The position numbers were made by a program, and so were the translations under genes. A stretch of DNA of 64,000 bases, from assembly GCF_009914755.1 (NCBI RefSeq), contig NC_060934.1, one strand, 5' to 3'. Under the pieces are notes generated by a model. The model had not been told where the DNA came from. It saw only the letters and a program-made list of their open reading frames with translations, and did not search any database. The stretch comes from the human T2T-CHM13v2.0 reference genome, Homo sapiens. Every line of letters starts with the position of its first letter. The first letter of the stretch is position 1. Positions 32,205 through 49,130 of this stretch are shown piece after piece.

Positions 32205-33950
32205 AGTAAACACTTTTATTGAGCCATAATTATACACACAGAAAAGTGCACAAATCATAAATTTACAGCTTGATAAATATTCATAAGGTGAATGCATCTG
32301 TGTAACCAGCACCTAGATCATGAAACATAACACTACCAGCACCACACAGACCCTTTGTACCCTCTTTCAGTCCTACTGAGTTAAAGCCAGTTGAAAAATA
32401 ATGTATACTATAGGGTTCCACTCATATAAAATTCAAAAACAGACAAAATTAATTGATGGTGATTTTGATAATGCTTACCTTTGGGAAGACAGGTAGTGAC
32501 TGAAAGGGGGTGCTGATTTCTGACACCATACATAAATGCTATCTGTTTTGAAATTCACCAAAATGGAATCAAAGTATGCACTTGTGTCTGGTGAAGCCTA
32601 CTGATATTTGTATGTAAATTGTATTTAATAGCTACTTTACTAAATTCTTTTATTGTTTAGTTTTTCAACAAGTTCATTTGGGCTTTCTAGATATATATTC
32701 ATATCTGCAAATAGTTTTACCTCTTCCTTTCCAATTCACGTCTTTATTTTGTCTAACTTCATTGGCTAAAACTCTCAACACATTGTTAAGTAGCAGAGGA
32801 GTTAGTGGGCATGTCTTGTTCCTGACTTCACCTGGAAAGTCTCTTTTGATTTGAAACTTAAGATGCTGGCTTTTAGGTAAAGGTACAATGTTAATGGATT
32901 ATTCATTGATTTCTACTTAGTATATTTAACATAAGTGATTGCTCAATTCTATCATGTCTTTTCTGCAAAGATGAAGATTTTTTTAACTGAATATGATGAA
33001 TATGAACAGATTATCTAGTATTGAATTACCCTTGCATTCTTATAATAAGCCCAACTTAGTCATGATTACCTTTTGAAAGTGCTGTTGGATTGTTTTCTAA
33101 TATATCATTAAAACTTTTTATTAATATTCATGAGATTGCTCTATAATTTTCTTTTTGGTACAATCTTTGTCAGGTTTTTAAATCAATGCTATTACATTCA
33201 CTTTAAATAATGAATTTAGGAGTTTCTTTTTTTTTTTGGCACTTTGAGGTTCAATATTATTTTCTTAGTCTCTGGAATTGCTTAAGCAAGAACAGGATTA
33301 TTTAATCTTAAAAGGTTTGGTAGAAATCCCCTTGAAACAATCTGGGCTTGATGCTTCTTTTGGTAGGGGGTGCTTTTAAGTATTTGTTTCTTCTATGGTA
33401 ATTGGTTTGTTGTGACTTTCTTTATCTACCTAGAGTAAATTATGGCAATTTGTATTTTTCTCAAAATAGTTTTCGAATTTATTGTGTAAAATTGCTCAAA
33501 GTAGTCAATTTAAACAAATTTCCTGTTTTACTATTTCCCCCTTGTCATTTAAATTTTTGTATTTGTGCTTCCTCCTTTTTTTCTTAAATAGGTTAGCTGG
33601 TAGTTTATCTCACTCAACTCCCCGCACTACCTATCACCAACTTGGATGTATTGCCTCTCTTGTTTTGGTTTTCTACTAGTAATTATTTTTTGCCTTTATC
33701 TTTATTCATTCCTTCCTTCTGCTTTATTTTGCTTTTTACTCCAAGTGTTTGGTACTTGGTTAATTTTCACCTTTTCCTACTTTTACTGATAATTGTACTA
33801 ATTACTATAAATTTCCTGTCATATTTGCATTTTACTTTTTTGCAAATATTAGGTTTTTATCTGTCTTGTGGTCATTTCTGGTGTGCTTTCATTGTCTGTA
33901 AGGATGTTGATCTATTTATTCTCTTATTTCTTTTTTTTTCAGTTTTTAAA
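32205..33950 (-). mobile_element. Ancient L1M (ME-like) fragments, probably carried within the PGGT1B 3' UTR copy
   Basis: ttttattgagccataattatacacacagaaaagtgcacaaatcataa, ttttacctcttcctttccaatt and gtttggtagaaatccccttgaaacaatctgggc. Confidence 0.7.
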
Positions 33951-33959
33951 GCCTCAGCT

Positions 33960-34075
33960 TTCTTTTTTTTATTATTATTATACTTTAAGTTTTAGGGTAC
34001 ATGTGGACAATGTGCAGGTTAGTTACATATGTATACATGTGCCATGCTGGTGTGCTGCACCCATTAACTCGTCAA
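33960..34075 (-). mobile_element. Young L1PA extreme 3' end (~110 bp)
   Basis: ttattatactttaagttttagggtacatgtggacaatgtgcaggttagttacatatgtatacatgtgccatgctggtgtgctgcacccattaactcgtca. Confidence 0.92.
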
Positions 34076-34889
34076 CTTTGAATGGAGTTTGACTGTAATC
34101 CTGGCTCAGTTACTCTTTTTTTCCCCTTAACTGAAATGAGTTTTTCTGTACTTTTAGGAGGGAGGAGTGGCTCTAGGATGACTTCACAACCTTAGAGGTC
34201 CCATTTTCACAGTGATTTAAAAGAATATATATATATATATATATATATAAAATGAAAATACATATATATAATGTCTCCGTATCTTGACCTTTCTTCCCAA
34301 TACTTATCTAGATCTTCTTTCTTTTGTCCTATTTTACCCATCCTGCCCATTTGGATTCTAATTCTAGAAGTTTGTCCTCAGTGCTGGGCTTTGTCTCATA
34401 AGCTTCAAGAGGTACACAGTGTAAAACCCAGACTGCTCTAATGCGATCATCAGACCTTATCATATTGCTTTAACATTCATCTGCAAATGGGATTCTGTAG
34501 TCACTTCCCAGTTTCAGTGCCTGTTCTTAGATTGGCCTGCCACACTTTGTAGTGAGAAACTGTGGGCAGTGTTGTCGTTCTCCAGTTTGCAGAGCTGTCA
34601 GAAACCAGCTGCCTTCCTTCTACTTCCTTCCACAGATGCTGAAACTATGTGGGTCAGTGGTTTGTCCTCACTTAGTTGTATTTTGAAGTTCATGGAGATA
34701 CCTTGTCATCTAGCATTGTAAGAGTGTCTGTGGCTATCCTAGTTGCTCTGTATTTTTATGGGGAGATTAGAAAACAACACTGTTGTCACCGTTTTCCCTG
34801 AGGTTAAACTGTTAAGACCTCTTTCTGTTGTAGAAGAGAGGTTTTAATTACAAAAATAATTTTATGATCATTATAAAGAAACTATAATT

Positions 34890-35090
34890 TGAAATTTGCT
34901 GTATTCCAGGTACTATCCTAAGTGCTTTATCTGTATTATCTCATTTAATCCTAAACCCTGTGAGTTAGGTTTTACCTATTTTCCTTATTTTATCAATGGG
35001 AGAGTTAGGGTCCAAGATCTTGCTGCTGAACTGGCAAATCTGGGATTTAAACCCAGGTCATCTGATTCCAGAGCACCTCCTCATTAACTG
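34890..35090 (-). mobile_element. MIR
   Basis: ccaggtactatcctaagtgctttatctgtattatctcatttaatcct...ctgggatttaaacccaggtcatctgattccagagc. Confidence 0.8.
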
Positions 35091-37649
35091 TCTCTCAAAA
35101 ATGATCAGGTCCAACAGTTTTCAAATTATATACCACTGTCAGCAAGATTTCTATATGAATTTAGATTAAATATAAATAACTATTTAAAGATCTAATAACA
35201 TATATATTATAGATCAAATCTAAAAACACTGAAATGATAAACAGGTTAAATTATGCCACATGATCTGATTAATCTTATTTGTATGCAGATGCTCAAAACA
35301 AAGCTCCTCCTCCTACCTTCTAAAAAAAAATACCACAAAATTAGGGGGCAGGAAGGAGACGAGTAGGGAGTAGGAAATAGAGCTTTTTGAGATTTTGGAC
35401 TTCATATTTCCCATTATTATATCACTCCTGCTAAGGAATAAAGTATATATGTGAAATATTGCTTATAATTTATTTAATCGGTAAATATTTTTCTTGTAAA
35501 TAACTACGTAGAAAAGTTAGAAATAGTTTCTCCACAGTTCACACTGGCCTGCTATTTTCTGGTCAATTAAGTTGCTGTGGAATGTGAACATTTACTAGTC
35601 CATAAAGTTTCACAAGAAAGTCTCCCACAAGTATATCAATTAGAAGCTTACTAAAATTTATAATCTTATGGTATTAAATTATAAGGAGTTAGAAAATGTT
35701 TAGCCTTATGAAATACTTTTAGATTGGAATTTTTCTCTAACTTACATTCATGAATACAGTCACTGTTACTACCTTTATTACCTTCTAACCTTTCTTGGTG
35801 ATACAGAAAAAACAATTTGGGCTTTTTATATAGTCCTAAAGCCATTATGTATATGCTACTTCAGCTTCCAATGTCTAAGAGATGACTTAGTTTGAGATAT
35901 GGATGTCTTAATCTGCCATGATTTAAATAGTAGCAACTGGAATAACCCACAGAAGGATAACATCTGTTATTAGGCTTATTTTTTCCCCCACCATCAGAAG
36001 ATTTATTTTATTTCTAATTAAACAACATACAGTTGACTTTGGCAAACTCAGGTTTAAAACTAAGCATGCCAATAATAAATGAATCATTTCTCCAAGTACA
36101 TAGTGTTTCCCTTGGGAAGGACTGTTATTTTACAACATTTTTTTCTCTAATTTAGAAAAAAAGATAACATTTAAAATATTACAATGCCTAAACAGTGATA
36201 CCAGTAATCTAGTTTTTATACTGATGTTTGTATTTCAACGTTTATTATCACCAAGACTAACTTAAACCCAACTCCTTTAGTGAAGAGATTTCTTTCCCTA
36301 TTTCAGTACTAGACTCATAGTTCTGAATGTCACTGAGCAAGTAATGGATATGAGTTATTGATTAATTATGAATGAAGAGTTTTTATACTATCTCCTTTAT
36401 AATTAGCTAGTTCATAGACTTAAGAAAACAAAACAATGAACAAAAACAAAACCCTGGTTCTTACCCTCTAAATGCTTACATTTCCCTCTCACTTACCAGA
36501 AAATATGAGAATAAAAATGACCATGTATAGAGTTGCACCACTGAATCTATTTGAATGGTTCTGTTTTTGTATTTTTTTACTTATTTAATTTGAAAAAAAT
36601 TAGAAAAGTATTAGTTTGAAATCAGAGCAGCTAACACACTGGGGGCAACAAATTAAAAAATTCAAATGGCTAAAAATAAAAACACGAAGTATCTTTCCTT
36701 CTAGATAGAAAAGATTGTTTTCTTTCTAGAAAGCCAAAAATAAGGCAACTAATGATTTGAGAATAAAATCAAACATAACTGGTATTCACCACAGCAATGT
36801 CTAAATAAATGACCCACATAACACAAAACTTCCTCATTCACAATCACATATAGTTAAGTTGCTTTTCCCTCAGTTACATAATAGTTGTCTTCAAACAATC
36901 TCCTTTTAGAAAACTATCACATTAGTTAAACCTATCTATTCTAACTATGAAGTTATTAATTTCATTTATATAGGCCACACAGGTTTAATTGGCACACTTT
37001 ACTTAAAAATAAGACAAAATAAGTCACTCTGCTTTAAAAAAAATTATGGTCATCTGTTTTCAAAGAATAATCCCAGATACTTAATTCATTAAAGCAAATT
37101 TTCTACCATCAGCAGTGAGCTTTTTAAATGATTACTAACTGTTCACGTGAAGATTATCAATGCTATATGAAGTGTAAATTTGTTTTGCAGATTTGTGTCC
37201 ATTTTATAACAAGATACAATTTGCACTGAAGAGTTTTTAAAAAGATAACCTACACACATACACTTAATTTGCCTCAAACAACTTCTTTGAAATACAGTAT
37301 AAACATTTAAGAACCATGACAAAGTTGTGGTTCAAACTTCAACAAAGATTTTCTTGAAACCCAGTACAAAGATTACTGGCTCAAGACCATACCCCAAAGT
37401 GACATCAGCAGGAGATTTGATTGTAAGACTCTACCTTTTAAAAAAAGAGCACACTTGGTTATACATGGCTTTTAAACTTGAGCTACAGTTATGCTACAAA
37501 TCCCCCCACCCTCCCAATCTAAAGTCAGTCGTGTAGAGATATGTACATTCTCTGAGCATTGTTTAAGAGTCCTTGGTTTTCCAGCTTTGATGGAGATCTA
37601 GAAGGCGTTCAGAAGTCTGTGTGCTTACATTCAGAGCAAGATGAACTTA

Positions 37650-37888
<239 letters not shown>

Positions 37889-37891
37889 TTA

Positions 37892-39090
<1,199 letters not shown>

Positions 39091-39092
39091 AT

Positions 39093-39698
<606 letters not shown>

Positions 39699-42015
39699 CG
39701 TTATAAATGAGTTGTAATAGGTGCTATAAGTCCTATGAGGTTCCACAGCATGAAACATATGAGACAGTATGCTAATGAGTATGATAGAGTAAAGGGGGTA
39801 CATTTTATAATCCTGAGGAAGGAACACTTGTGGGAGTAATATCCTTGAACAGACTAAAGTGAAGTTAATTCTAGAGTCATCAGGAATAATATCACATAAC
39901 AATAATAAAACACCAAAAGTCCTCTATTACTTCTTTCCAATTTTTTGTCAACTGTAAATTTAAGAGAAAATATTGATTGATCCTATCCTGAATTTGAGTA
40001 AATACAGTTTTTTGTTTTTCTTAATAAAATATGATTTATAATTTTTCCAGAAGACAAACAACTTTCTTTAACTTCTGACCCAGTCTATTTGTAGTGTATA
40101 AAAAGCTGTATCACTATGTGATACATTTAGAGAAAGGAACTCCTTTTTTTTTCTTGATTAGTAATTTTTTTTCTTGTATCAATTGTGTTCACCTGGGGAA
40201 TATAAATTTATATTTAACTCTTATGCCTGACAAGATGCTGACATTAGTAATGATATATAAATTAACTAATAGTAAGTTTTAAATGGTAATTAAGCCTTGA
40301 TATAATTTAAAGCAGAAACATCAAGTCAAAAACAAATTCAATTTAGTATACTCTTAAACTCTTTAAGGTAAAAGTGTAAGACTTTTCACAAAATGCAATG
40401 CTGTGAAAATGAAGCTTTTTTCAACTTTATTTCACTAGTTTATCTCTTTCTTTCTCTGTTTTCATCATTTCTCCCCTGCAGTTGTTTTATGCCACTCTCT
40501 CTTTCATGAATTGTGTTTTGCACGATTTTTCTGGCAATGGAAATGTAAACATCTTACTCATTTTTACTGTCCTATTTTAATTGTTGCTGTATTTTTTTCT
40601 TATTCCAGATATATTGCATGATTAAATTTCTCAACTAGAAGATATACAACTATAGACTATATTTCACACAAAGACACTGCACATCCTATTACGGAGGAAA
40701 AGTGATGATTCTTGGTGTTACCATTTAGACAACAGAGCACAGAGTATTTAGGGAAAGTTATGAATCCTAACATTAAAGAGCAGAATGTTCTTGCCATGTG
40801 AAGCATGAAAAGTAATGTGAACATAACCTTCTCTTCTTGTCTATGAAATTGTGTTTCCAATGGCAAAGCTTTCTCAATATCATTACCCCCTGGGGGTTAT
40901 GCCATGTCCTAAAGTAAAGAGTCTGTACTTTGAAGTCAGCATGGCTTTGGATGACTTTCTTAATAGATCTGAACTTTCAATTTCTCATCAATAAATTATT
41001 ATCTTTCTCATTGGTTTTAACAGTGATTATACAGGCTGATATATATAAAGTACTTTGCATAAAGAATGGCACATTGTAGAAGGTCATTAGGTATTTTTTT
41101 CACTGTAATACAGGTAATAATTTTGATGTTTTAAAACGTGTTTACTCATTCAATAAATCTATTGGGTGCTTACTATGTCCGAACAAATTTCTGAGTACCA
41201 GGGTGAGAGTAGTTTAAAAAATAAAAGACAGAAGGTTTTGCTGTCCTGGAGCTAATATTCTAGTTTTTATCTTGACATCATTTTGAATTTTCCTTTCTTT
41301 TCCATTTGTGATTGGTCTCTCTAAACTTTTTTCATCTTTTAAGATCTTTTGCACTAAACAGGTTGAGAATTATAGCGCATGTAAGTTATTCCATTTTCCC
41401 ATTAAATGTCAGCATTTAAGATTTTGATACATACCATTTTTTGGTAAAAATGTATTTAGCTCAACAAAGTAAAATAAGTATGGCTATAGCAATTATTTGC
41501 CATATAAGGTATAATGGCAGCATTAAAATGTTCATGCATGTGGTCTATGTGAAATTTTGTCTAAGAGAGTTGAAATCAGTCTAGATTCTTAAAGCAGTGG
41601 AGAAAAACAGATTTCTATTTATTTTCTCCCCAACTTGTGGGTAGATAATTTCTTTTAAAGTATCAACCTCAAACAAACATTATACGACATAGCTTTTTAC
41701 CTGTTGGATCTTTTTATAATTTGAGTTTATGCTTATTTTCTCATTCATAGTGAGGATACAGAAATATTTTTATGATATGCCTAAGTAAAAAGATTTGCCT
41801 CTAACTTTTTTTCTAATGAAAAATAAGCAAGACTTAAAAAAAAAAAAACTTCTTCTTACCAGGCTCTTTGAGGGCAAAGGTTGCTTCTCATCTCATTTAT
41901 TTTGCCTTACGCATTGCCCTTTCTCACTTGAATTGCTTGCATGGAACTATTCATTGTCTTCACTTCCCTGACATATACTCAAAAGGCATCTTCATTTGGG
42001 ACCATTTTGAATTGA

Positions 42016-42365
<350 letters not shown>

Positions 42366-43214
42366 TTTCCTTGGTCTATCCTATCGACACATGTTCCAAC
42401 AGATGAGGTCATGAGGTTTACCCTAAGCTACATGACCTGCTCGGCTTAATAGTTCTCTAATAGTCATCATTGAAATTGCATGTAAACTGGGTTGTCACAA
42501 AGAGGTATTTTATGCAGCAATCAAAATTTGGTAATACATCATAATACTTAATACATTTGAGCATTCTTGGACTTAAAATCTTTATTTTTTATTTTTTTAC
42601 TCCAGGCTACACTTTCTGCCCTAAACACAATGAGTCTGGCACACCTTTGCATAACAGTGGCTCGTAGGAGTCACATTTCTCTAGGTTTTGTAACAGATTC
42701 TGAAGGGAAATAGATGAAAAAAGCATGCCAGTGAGTTTAATATACTGACAGGCTCATGTCTTCTCTTACTATTTACTGTGTTCTTGTACTTTGAATTAGC
42801 AAATCTTAAAATTTCTGTATCTGATATGGCAAGCTCATTCAGGGAACCAATTTTTGATCAGTTTGTGCCTGGAATAAAGCTAGACATGAGAGATAACAAA
42901 GTTTAAGATGCTTAGAGACCACTGAAAAAAATATGTATTTATTTTTCTTTGCCTTACTTTCTACTCCAGTTTGCTTTCATCATTACATGGTGAGCCCGGG
43001 ACAAGAAAACCTTGGTAAAAGTTCTTTTTCTTCTTCAGGATGATAAAAAAATCTCTTTTTACTTTTAAAAGTTAGATCTAATACATTATATTTGCATGTT
43101 AATAGGCTATCATAAGTTCCCCTAGGAAATTTGCAGATTTCTCATGAAACCTAGAAAAAGGCTAAATATTTTGTACTAATAATTTTTTCTTGTTCTATTT
43201 GTTAATCTATTCAT

Positions 43215-43515
43215 GTATTTACTTTTTATGGATATGCAAGAGTTGTACATATTTATATAGTACATGTCTTATGTATCTATAACAAGTAAATGTGATATTT
43301 TGATACATGCATACCATGTGTAAAAATCAAATCACCGTATTTAGGTTATCCATCACCACAAAGGTTTATTGTTTATTTGTTTTAGGAACATTTCAAATAT
43401 TCTCTTTTGGCTATTTTGACATATACAATAAATTAGTAACTAGTCACCTTACAGTGCTATTGAACTCTAGAACTTATTTCTTCTACCTAATTGTGTGTTT
43501 GGTCCCATTAACCAA
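43215..43515 (-). mobile_element. L1MA 3' end
   Basis: gtgatattttgatacatgcatacc...ttgttttaggaacatttcaaat...aactctagaacttattt. Confidence 0.8.
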
Positions 43516-44947
43516 ATAAGCTCCGCACAGTTCCATGATTACTCTCCAGAGCTATTTTCTCCAGTTAGCAATATAAGTACATGCAGTTGAGAAAGGGTAT
43601 TTTCAAAGTGGTATTAGATTCTACCCTTATTGAAATTTGAAACTTCCTAACATCTGTATTCTTAGTGTCTCGTGGAATCTGAGCTACAAATTGTGAAATG
43701 TATTCTGGCTTTGTACACATATATGACATCTCACTGTTTACCACCTGTTGTAGTGCACCAATATTGTAAAGGTTTGCTGGCAAAGCCCTGCGTTTCTTTT
43801 TCCCTGGTATTACCCTTTGTGTTTATCTGTACCAACCACCTGGCACTCTCCTGCTTTCACAAAAAAACAGGGTGGGTCCATCCTCAAAATAAGCCTCCCT
43901 GTTACCCAGAAATAGTGATGAAATAGTGTCCTCTCACAGATGGTCTGTGATGTATACCTTATCTGAATATCTAATCATGACAAGTAGTCAGGGATTAACT
44001 ACAGTTTGCCAGAATCAACTTAACTTGTGACACAAACTTATGCTTTAACAGCAAAAAAGTGTAAAAAGATTATTTCAAGATGACAAAAGCTTTGGCAACT
44101 ATACCTTGTATAAAATGTGTTTCACAATTGTATTTCATTTTATTGCCCCATGTGTAAACAGTTCAAATGTGTGAATGCAATTAGGAAATATTTCTTTCAT
44201 AATAAAAACAGTGTTTTTATGATTGCACTTTAAAAAATGCTAGTTAAAATGTTTAAGCATTTCATAAATGCTCAATTTAAAATAAACATTTTAATCCTTT
44301 GGAATGATGAGGTTACAATGCTTAAGCATTTCATAAGTGTTTACTCTAAAAGGAATGTTTTAACCATTTAAGATGGTTTAACAAAAAATATTTTGGGGTT
44401 TTAAAATACTTTTTCAAACAAGACAAACATAAAGTTATAGCTAAAATCTCAACAGTATGGTGTTTGATTTGAGAGACTGAAGGTATTTGTTTCATTTGGT
44501 TTTACTGAATGATTCGTCAGCTATGCCGTAAAACTTAGAAATATCAACTCTTGGGCTCATAAGAATGCTTTATTATCTTCATTGTCACTAGTTATTACTT
44601 GAGATATTGCAATCTAACTTTTTCTTCAAAAGACTGTGTTTTTCTAAACATATTCAACCCAGCCTAGATAAAATTCGTGCATTTTTTTGTAAAGTACAAC
44701 ATGTTCTGCTAATATCTCCAGCAAATTTTTTCTTGAAGTTAATTTATATGTAAATACTTTTACAACATGAATTTCACCCTAATTGACATTTCTTATAAGA
44801 CACGAAAATGCATAAATTTTCCTTAACTTTTACTAGCATCTATTCCCCAGAATACTCCAATTACTTATGAATAATATTTCAGTTCTGTATTAAAAATTTC
44901 TCTGTAAAGCTTGCACTTTGATTATAGACATAGGTTGGTTTGACTGA

Positions 44948-45332
<385 letters not shown>

Positions 45333-47014
45333 TAATCCATTGGTTTCAAAACCTGACAGCCTAGCTTCAGAGTTGAGCATATTACCTAGGTCATTCTGTT
45401 TCTTGACATCTATGACTAATTAATATGTCATAAACATGACCCAAACTACACAAAATTAGTATCAGTTTTAAAATTTTGACTGGAAATGCCTGAAATAAAT
45501 TGTTTTTGGGGGGCAAGGTTCAGGCAGAAAGGCAAGGAGTGTAGAATTTTAGAGTTTGTTGTGGTCATATTTACCAACATTAGATGTGAGATTTTATTTT
45601 TCAGAATGCTTTGATGTATCAAAACCTCAAAATGCTGCAAATGAGAAATCAAAACATTCATGGATTGAATATATACCTTGATTTTGTGGCTCCAATTTAC
45701 TAAAAAAGCAGTCTGGCCAGTCCAGGAAATATGTCATTTCTCACTATTCCTGGCACATCAAGTTTTTCCTCACATTAAGGTAATGTTTCAGCATGTGCTT
45801 ATTTTGTTTTTGAATATAATGGTGCATGGCTGTTTGGGCTCTCAGAATTTTTTAAGCCATTAATTTTATCTCAGGTCTTTTTTGCATTCCACACCTTCCT
45901 GCATACTAACTAGGTGTGTAAATTTCTTTTAAAATCACATAAATTTTCACTTAAAATCCTTACCAGTCCAAATCAATTCATTCTTCCTCATGGTATATAT
46001 TCCTTTTCTATTACCTCAGAAATAAGTTAATAAAATACTTTACTGTTATCATTTATTTCTGATTGTAAAGTAATGATACAATAGATTTAGATCCTCATTT
46101 TAGCCATCATTTTATCATGATCATGTACCACTGAACTTAAAAGTTGGAAAAAAAGCAATCTAAATTTCCTCTGAGTTCCAATCCCATGTAATTTATAAAA
46201 TTTTGGAAGAACACAGGTAGGTACTCAGAGTAATCAACTTAGCTTTGGAAGAAGAATTTAATTTTTTATTATCTGCCACAACCATAGCCTGGTGAATTGA
46301 TTTAAATCATTGAGCTATAATTGCTTGTTGAAGATTTTTTATTTTTCCCCTTCTTGTGAAGTAGTAATTAACAAAATGTAAAAATCTAAATTCAATATAT
46401 AATTTCATGTTGTAAAATAAAGGTTACACATGAAATAGAGTTAATGGTCAAATAAATTCTTTGTTAAGATTGGGGACCTTTGCAATTTGTGAGAAACATT
46501 CACACACACACAAAGTCTGTAAACAAAGATAAAATGTTTTTGCTGAATAATGTAATTGTCATTTCCTTCTCCCTTATTGAAAGAGAGGTGTCTGTTTACC
46601 TGGATTGTTGCTTAAATCTGCCACAAATTTGTTACTCAAAACCTTATTTATTATATTATAGCAAATAGGGTAATAATTACTGTCAGAGAAGGGGACATAC
46701 TTTTTGTAACTCTTTACATTTTTCTTAAAATACAAATTCTGTTATATAAATTTTGATTTTGAATCTTTTAATTATCTTTTCACTACCTCCCACACATCCT
46801 CTAAGTTTTCTTTGTCTTTTTCAACTTCAGTATACAGATTTCAGCAATACTGTAATTTTTTACTGAGTACTTAACATATATAAGAAAAAGATACTTTACA
46901 ATTTCCACATGCTGTAATGAAATATGTTGAGCTTAGTTTATGTTAACTGCATCTAGTTCTTGTTTGATTTCTTCTTTTTTCCTCTAAAGTTATATTTTAT
47001 CTTGCAAGTTGTGT

Positions 47015-47550
47015 ATGTGTATTAGTTATGTATTTGTTTAACAAATTATCCAAAATCTTAGTGGATAAAGCAGCAAACATTTATAATCTCACAGTTTCCA
47101 TGAGTCAGAAATTCAGAGAATGCTTAGCTGCATTGTCTGTGTCTGAATATCTCACAAGGCTAAAATCAAGGTGTCAGTTGGGCTATCGTTATCCCAAGGT
47201 TCAACCAGTGATGAGTCCACTTTTACAGTGACTCAAGTAGCTGTTGGTGGGACTCAGTTCCTCTATGGCTATTCTTAATTGGTGGTTGGCAAGAGGCCTA
47301 CTTCACTGTTTTACCACATGGATGTTACCCATAAAGCATCTCACAACATGGAAGCAGCTTCGACAGGGCTAATAAATAAAAAGGCAAAAAAGAATGTGCA
47401 AGAAAAAATTCAAAGGCTTTTGTCATCTAGACTTGGAAGTGATTAAGCTCAAGTGTGATTAATCTCAAGCCAACTATCAAGCTGAAAGGACAGGATATGA
47501 ATGTTAAGAAAAGGGGATCACTGAAAGCCATTTAGGAAACTGCCTACAAA
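47015..47550 (-). mobile_element. MLT1 (MaLR) LTR
   Basis: tgtattagtt...aacaaattatccaaaatcttagtgg...atctcacagtttccatgagtcagaaattcag...aggggatcactgaaagccatttag. Confidence 0.7.
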
Positions 47551-48499
47551 TTATGTGGATATGGATGTCTTATGAAAATAAAATTCCTTGTCTTAGAGTG
47601 GTGTCTTTTTACTTTCTTTTTCTTTTTTTCTACATCTAATATTTTAGAACCCAAAACATGGGGATAAAGACAAATTTTAGCATCTTATCCTTAATATTTA
47701 GGAGCACAGCATATGTCATGTTGAGGATGCTACTATGCCTTTACATTATGTTGGAACGTGTATATTCATCTCTGGCTCTCTTTTTTTCTCTCAAGTGATG
47801 GTGATTTATAATGTCTAGAATAAAGTATACTTAGAAACCAAATTAAAACTGTATTTTATCGTATTCGTGTAAGCTTACTAAAGTATTACTAAATACTCCT
47901 GTTTGCATCTTCATCATCTCCAAACTTTTTTCTCCTACTATGGCATCTTTTCATATCTGCATGAACCAAATGTGGCTTTTGAAATAGGAAATTTTGGATG
48001 GAATGATAATCCACTATGAAGGAGTCATATAGTTAATGTAAGGAGAAGGGCTGACTTACAAGACCTAAATATATTTTGAAATTCTTCAACACTACTATAC
48101 CTTCTCCTTAATGTACCCAGAACATATGTCTCAGATTTCAATAGTCCTTGGAGACACATTTTCCTCAAATACCTGAATAAAAAGACAAACCTACAGTCTT
48201 ACTTTATTATATATAAGAACTTAATAATTTACCAGGTATTCAAAGATACCCAGGAACATTTATCTTCTTCAAAATATTTCCTGATTTTCGCTTGCCATTC
48301 CATTTCTCATCTTGATCCAGATCAGAACCTTTACCTACTTTTCTGCAGGTTACTCACTCCTGGCTTTCTTCGTGCTTGTGTGGCTCTCTTTTAAACACTT
48401 CACACTGAGTTGTGAACACCTATCCCTTCTTTTTTCAAAAGGTCTTTTTTCCCTTCTTTTTTCAGGAGGCAAGGAAGGGGGAGGCAGTAGGAAGCACTG

Positions 48500-49130
48500 A
48501 ACAGAGAGGAAGACGTGCAAAATACTCATTTGGAACAATGGGAGATTGAATAGACCGGACAAAGAATGATTAAAGTGAGGACTGCTGGCATGGCCCTGTT
48601 TTCCTCCAGCCATGTTTAGTTGCATCGTTGTGGCATGGAATAGATGGAGAGCTGGGTTTATCCAGGGCTCCCATCTTACTAAGCAGATAGGAGGTGACAG
48701 GGAGGTGGGTGAGTTGAGGAGGTGTGCAAGGGACCAATGAGAATGGTTGGCCATGGAGTTTAAGCTGGCTCACTAGAGAGGGAAAAGTCATAAAGGAAGG
48801 AAGAAACAGTGAACAGGTAGTAAGATCTTGATTGGAGGTGCTGGTAAGGTTGCAGGAGTTTTGTTTCAGGGCAGTATAGGGAGTAACCTGGATAGCTAGG
48901 AGGTGGTGGTCAGAGTGGGCTACTGTGGGGTTTGCAGTCCTTGGACCTGACAAGGTCTAAGGTCTGATCATGGAGGGAGGGGGAAGCTGAGGTAGGGCAG
49001 AGGACAGGAGTGAGCTTCATGAGATCAAAAGGATGTTAGAAGGATTATCTACCCAGATACTGACATCTCCATGAAGTAAGAGGCCTAGTGTGAAGAAGTT
49101 ACAACATCCTAAGCTCTTCAGGGATAAGGG
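48500..49130 (-). mobile_element. L2 ORF2 fragment
   Basis: Minus-strand translations contain SDHHLL (APE endonuclease C-terminal motif) and PWINP, both typical of L2/CR1 ORF2. Confidence 0.7.
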
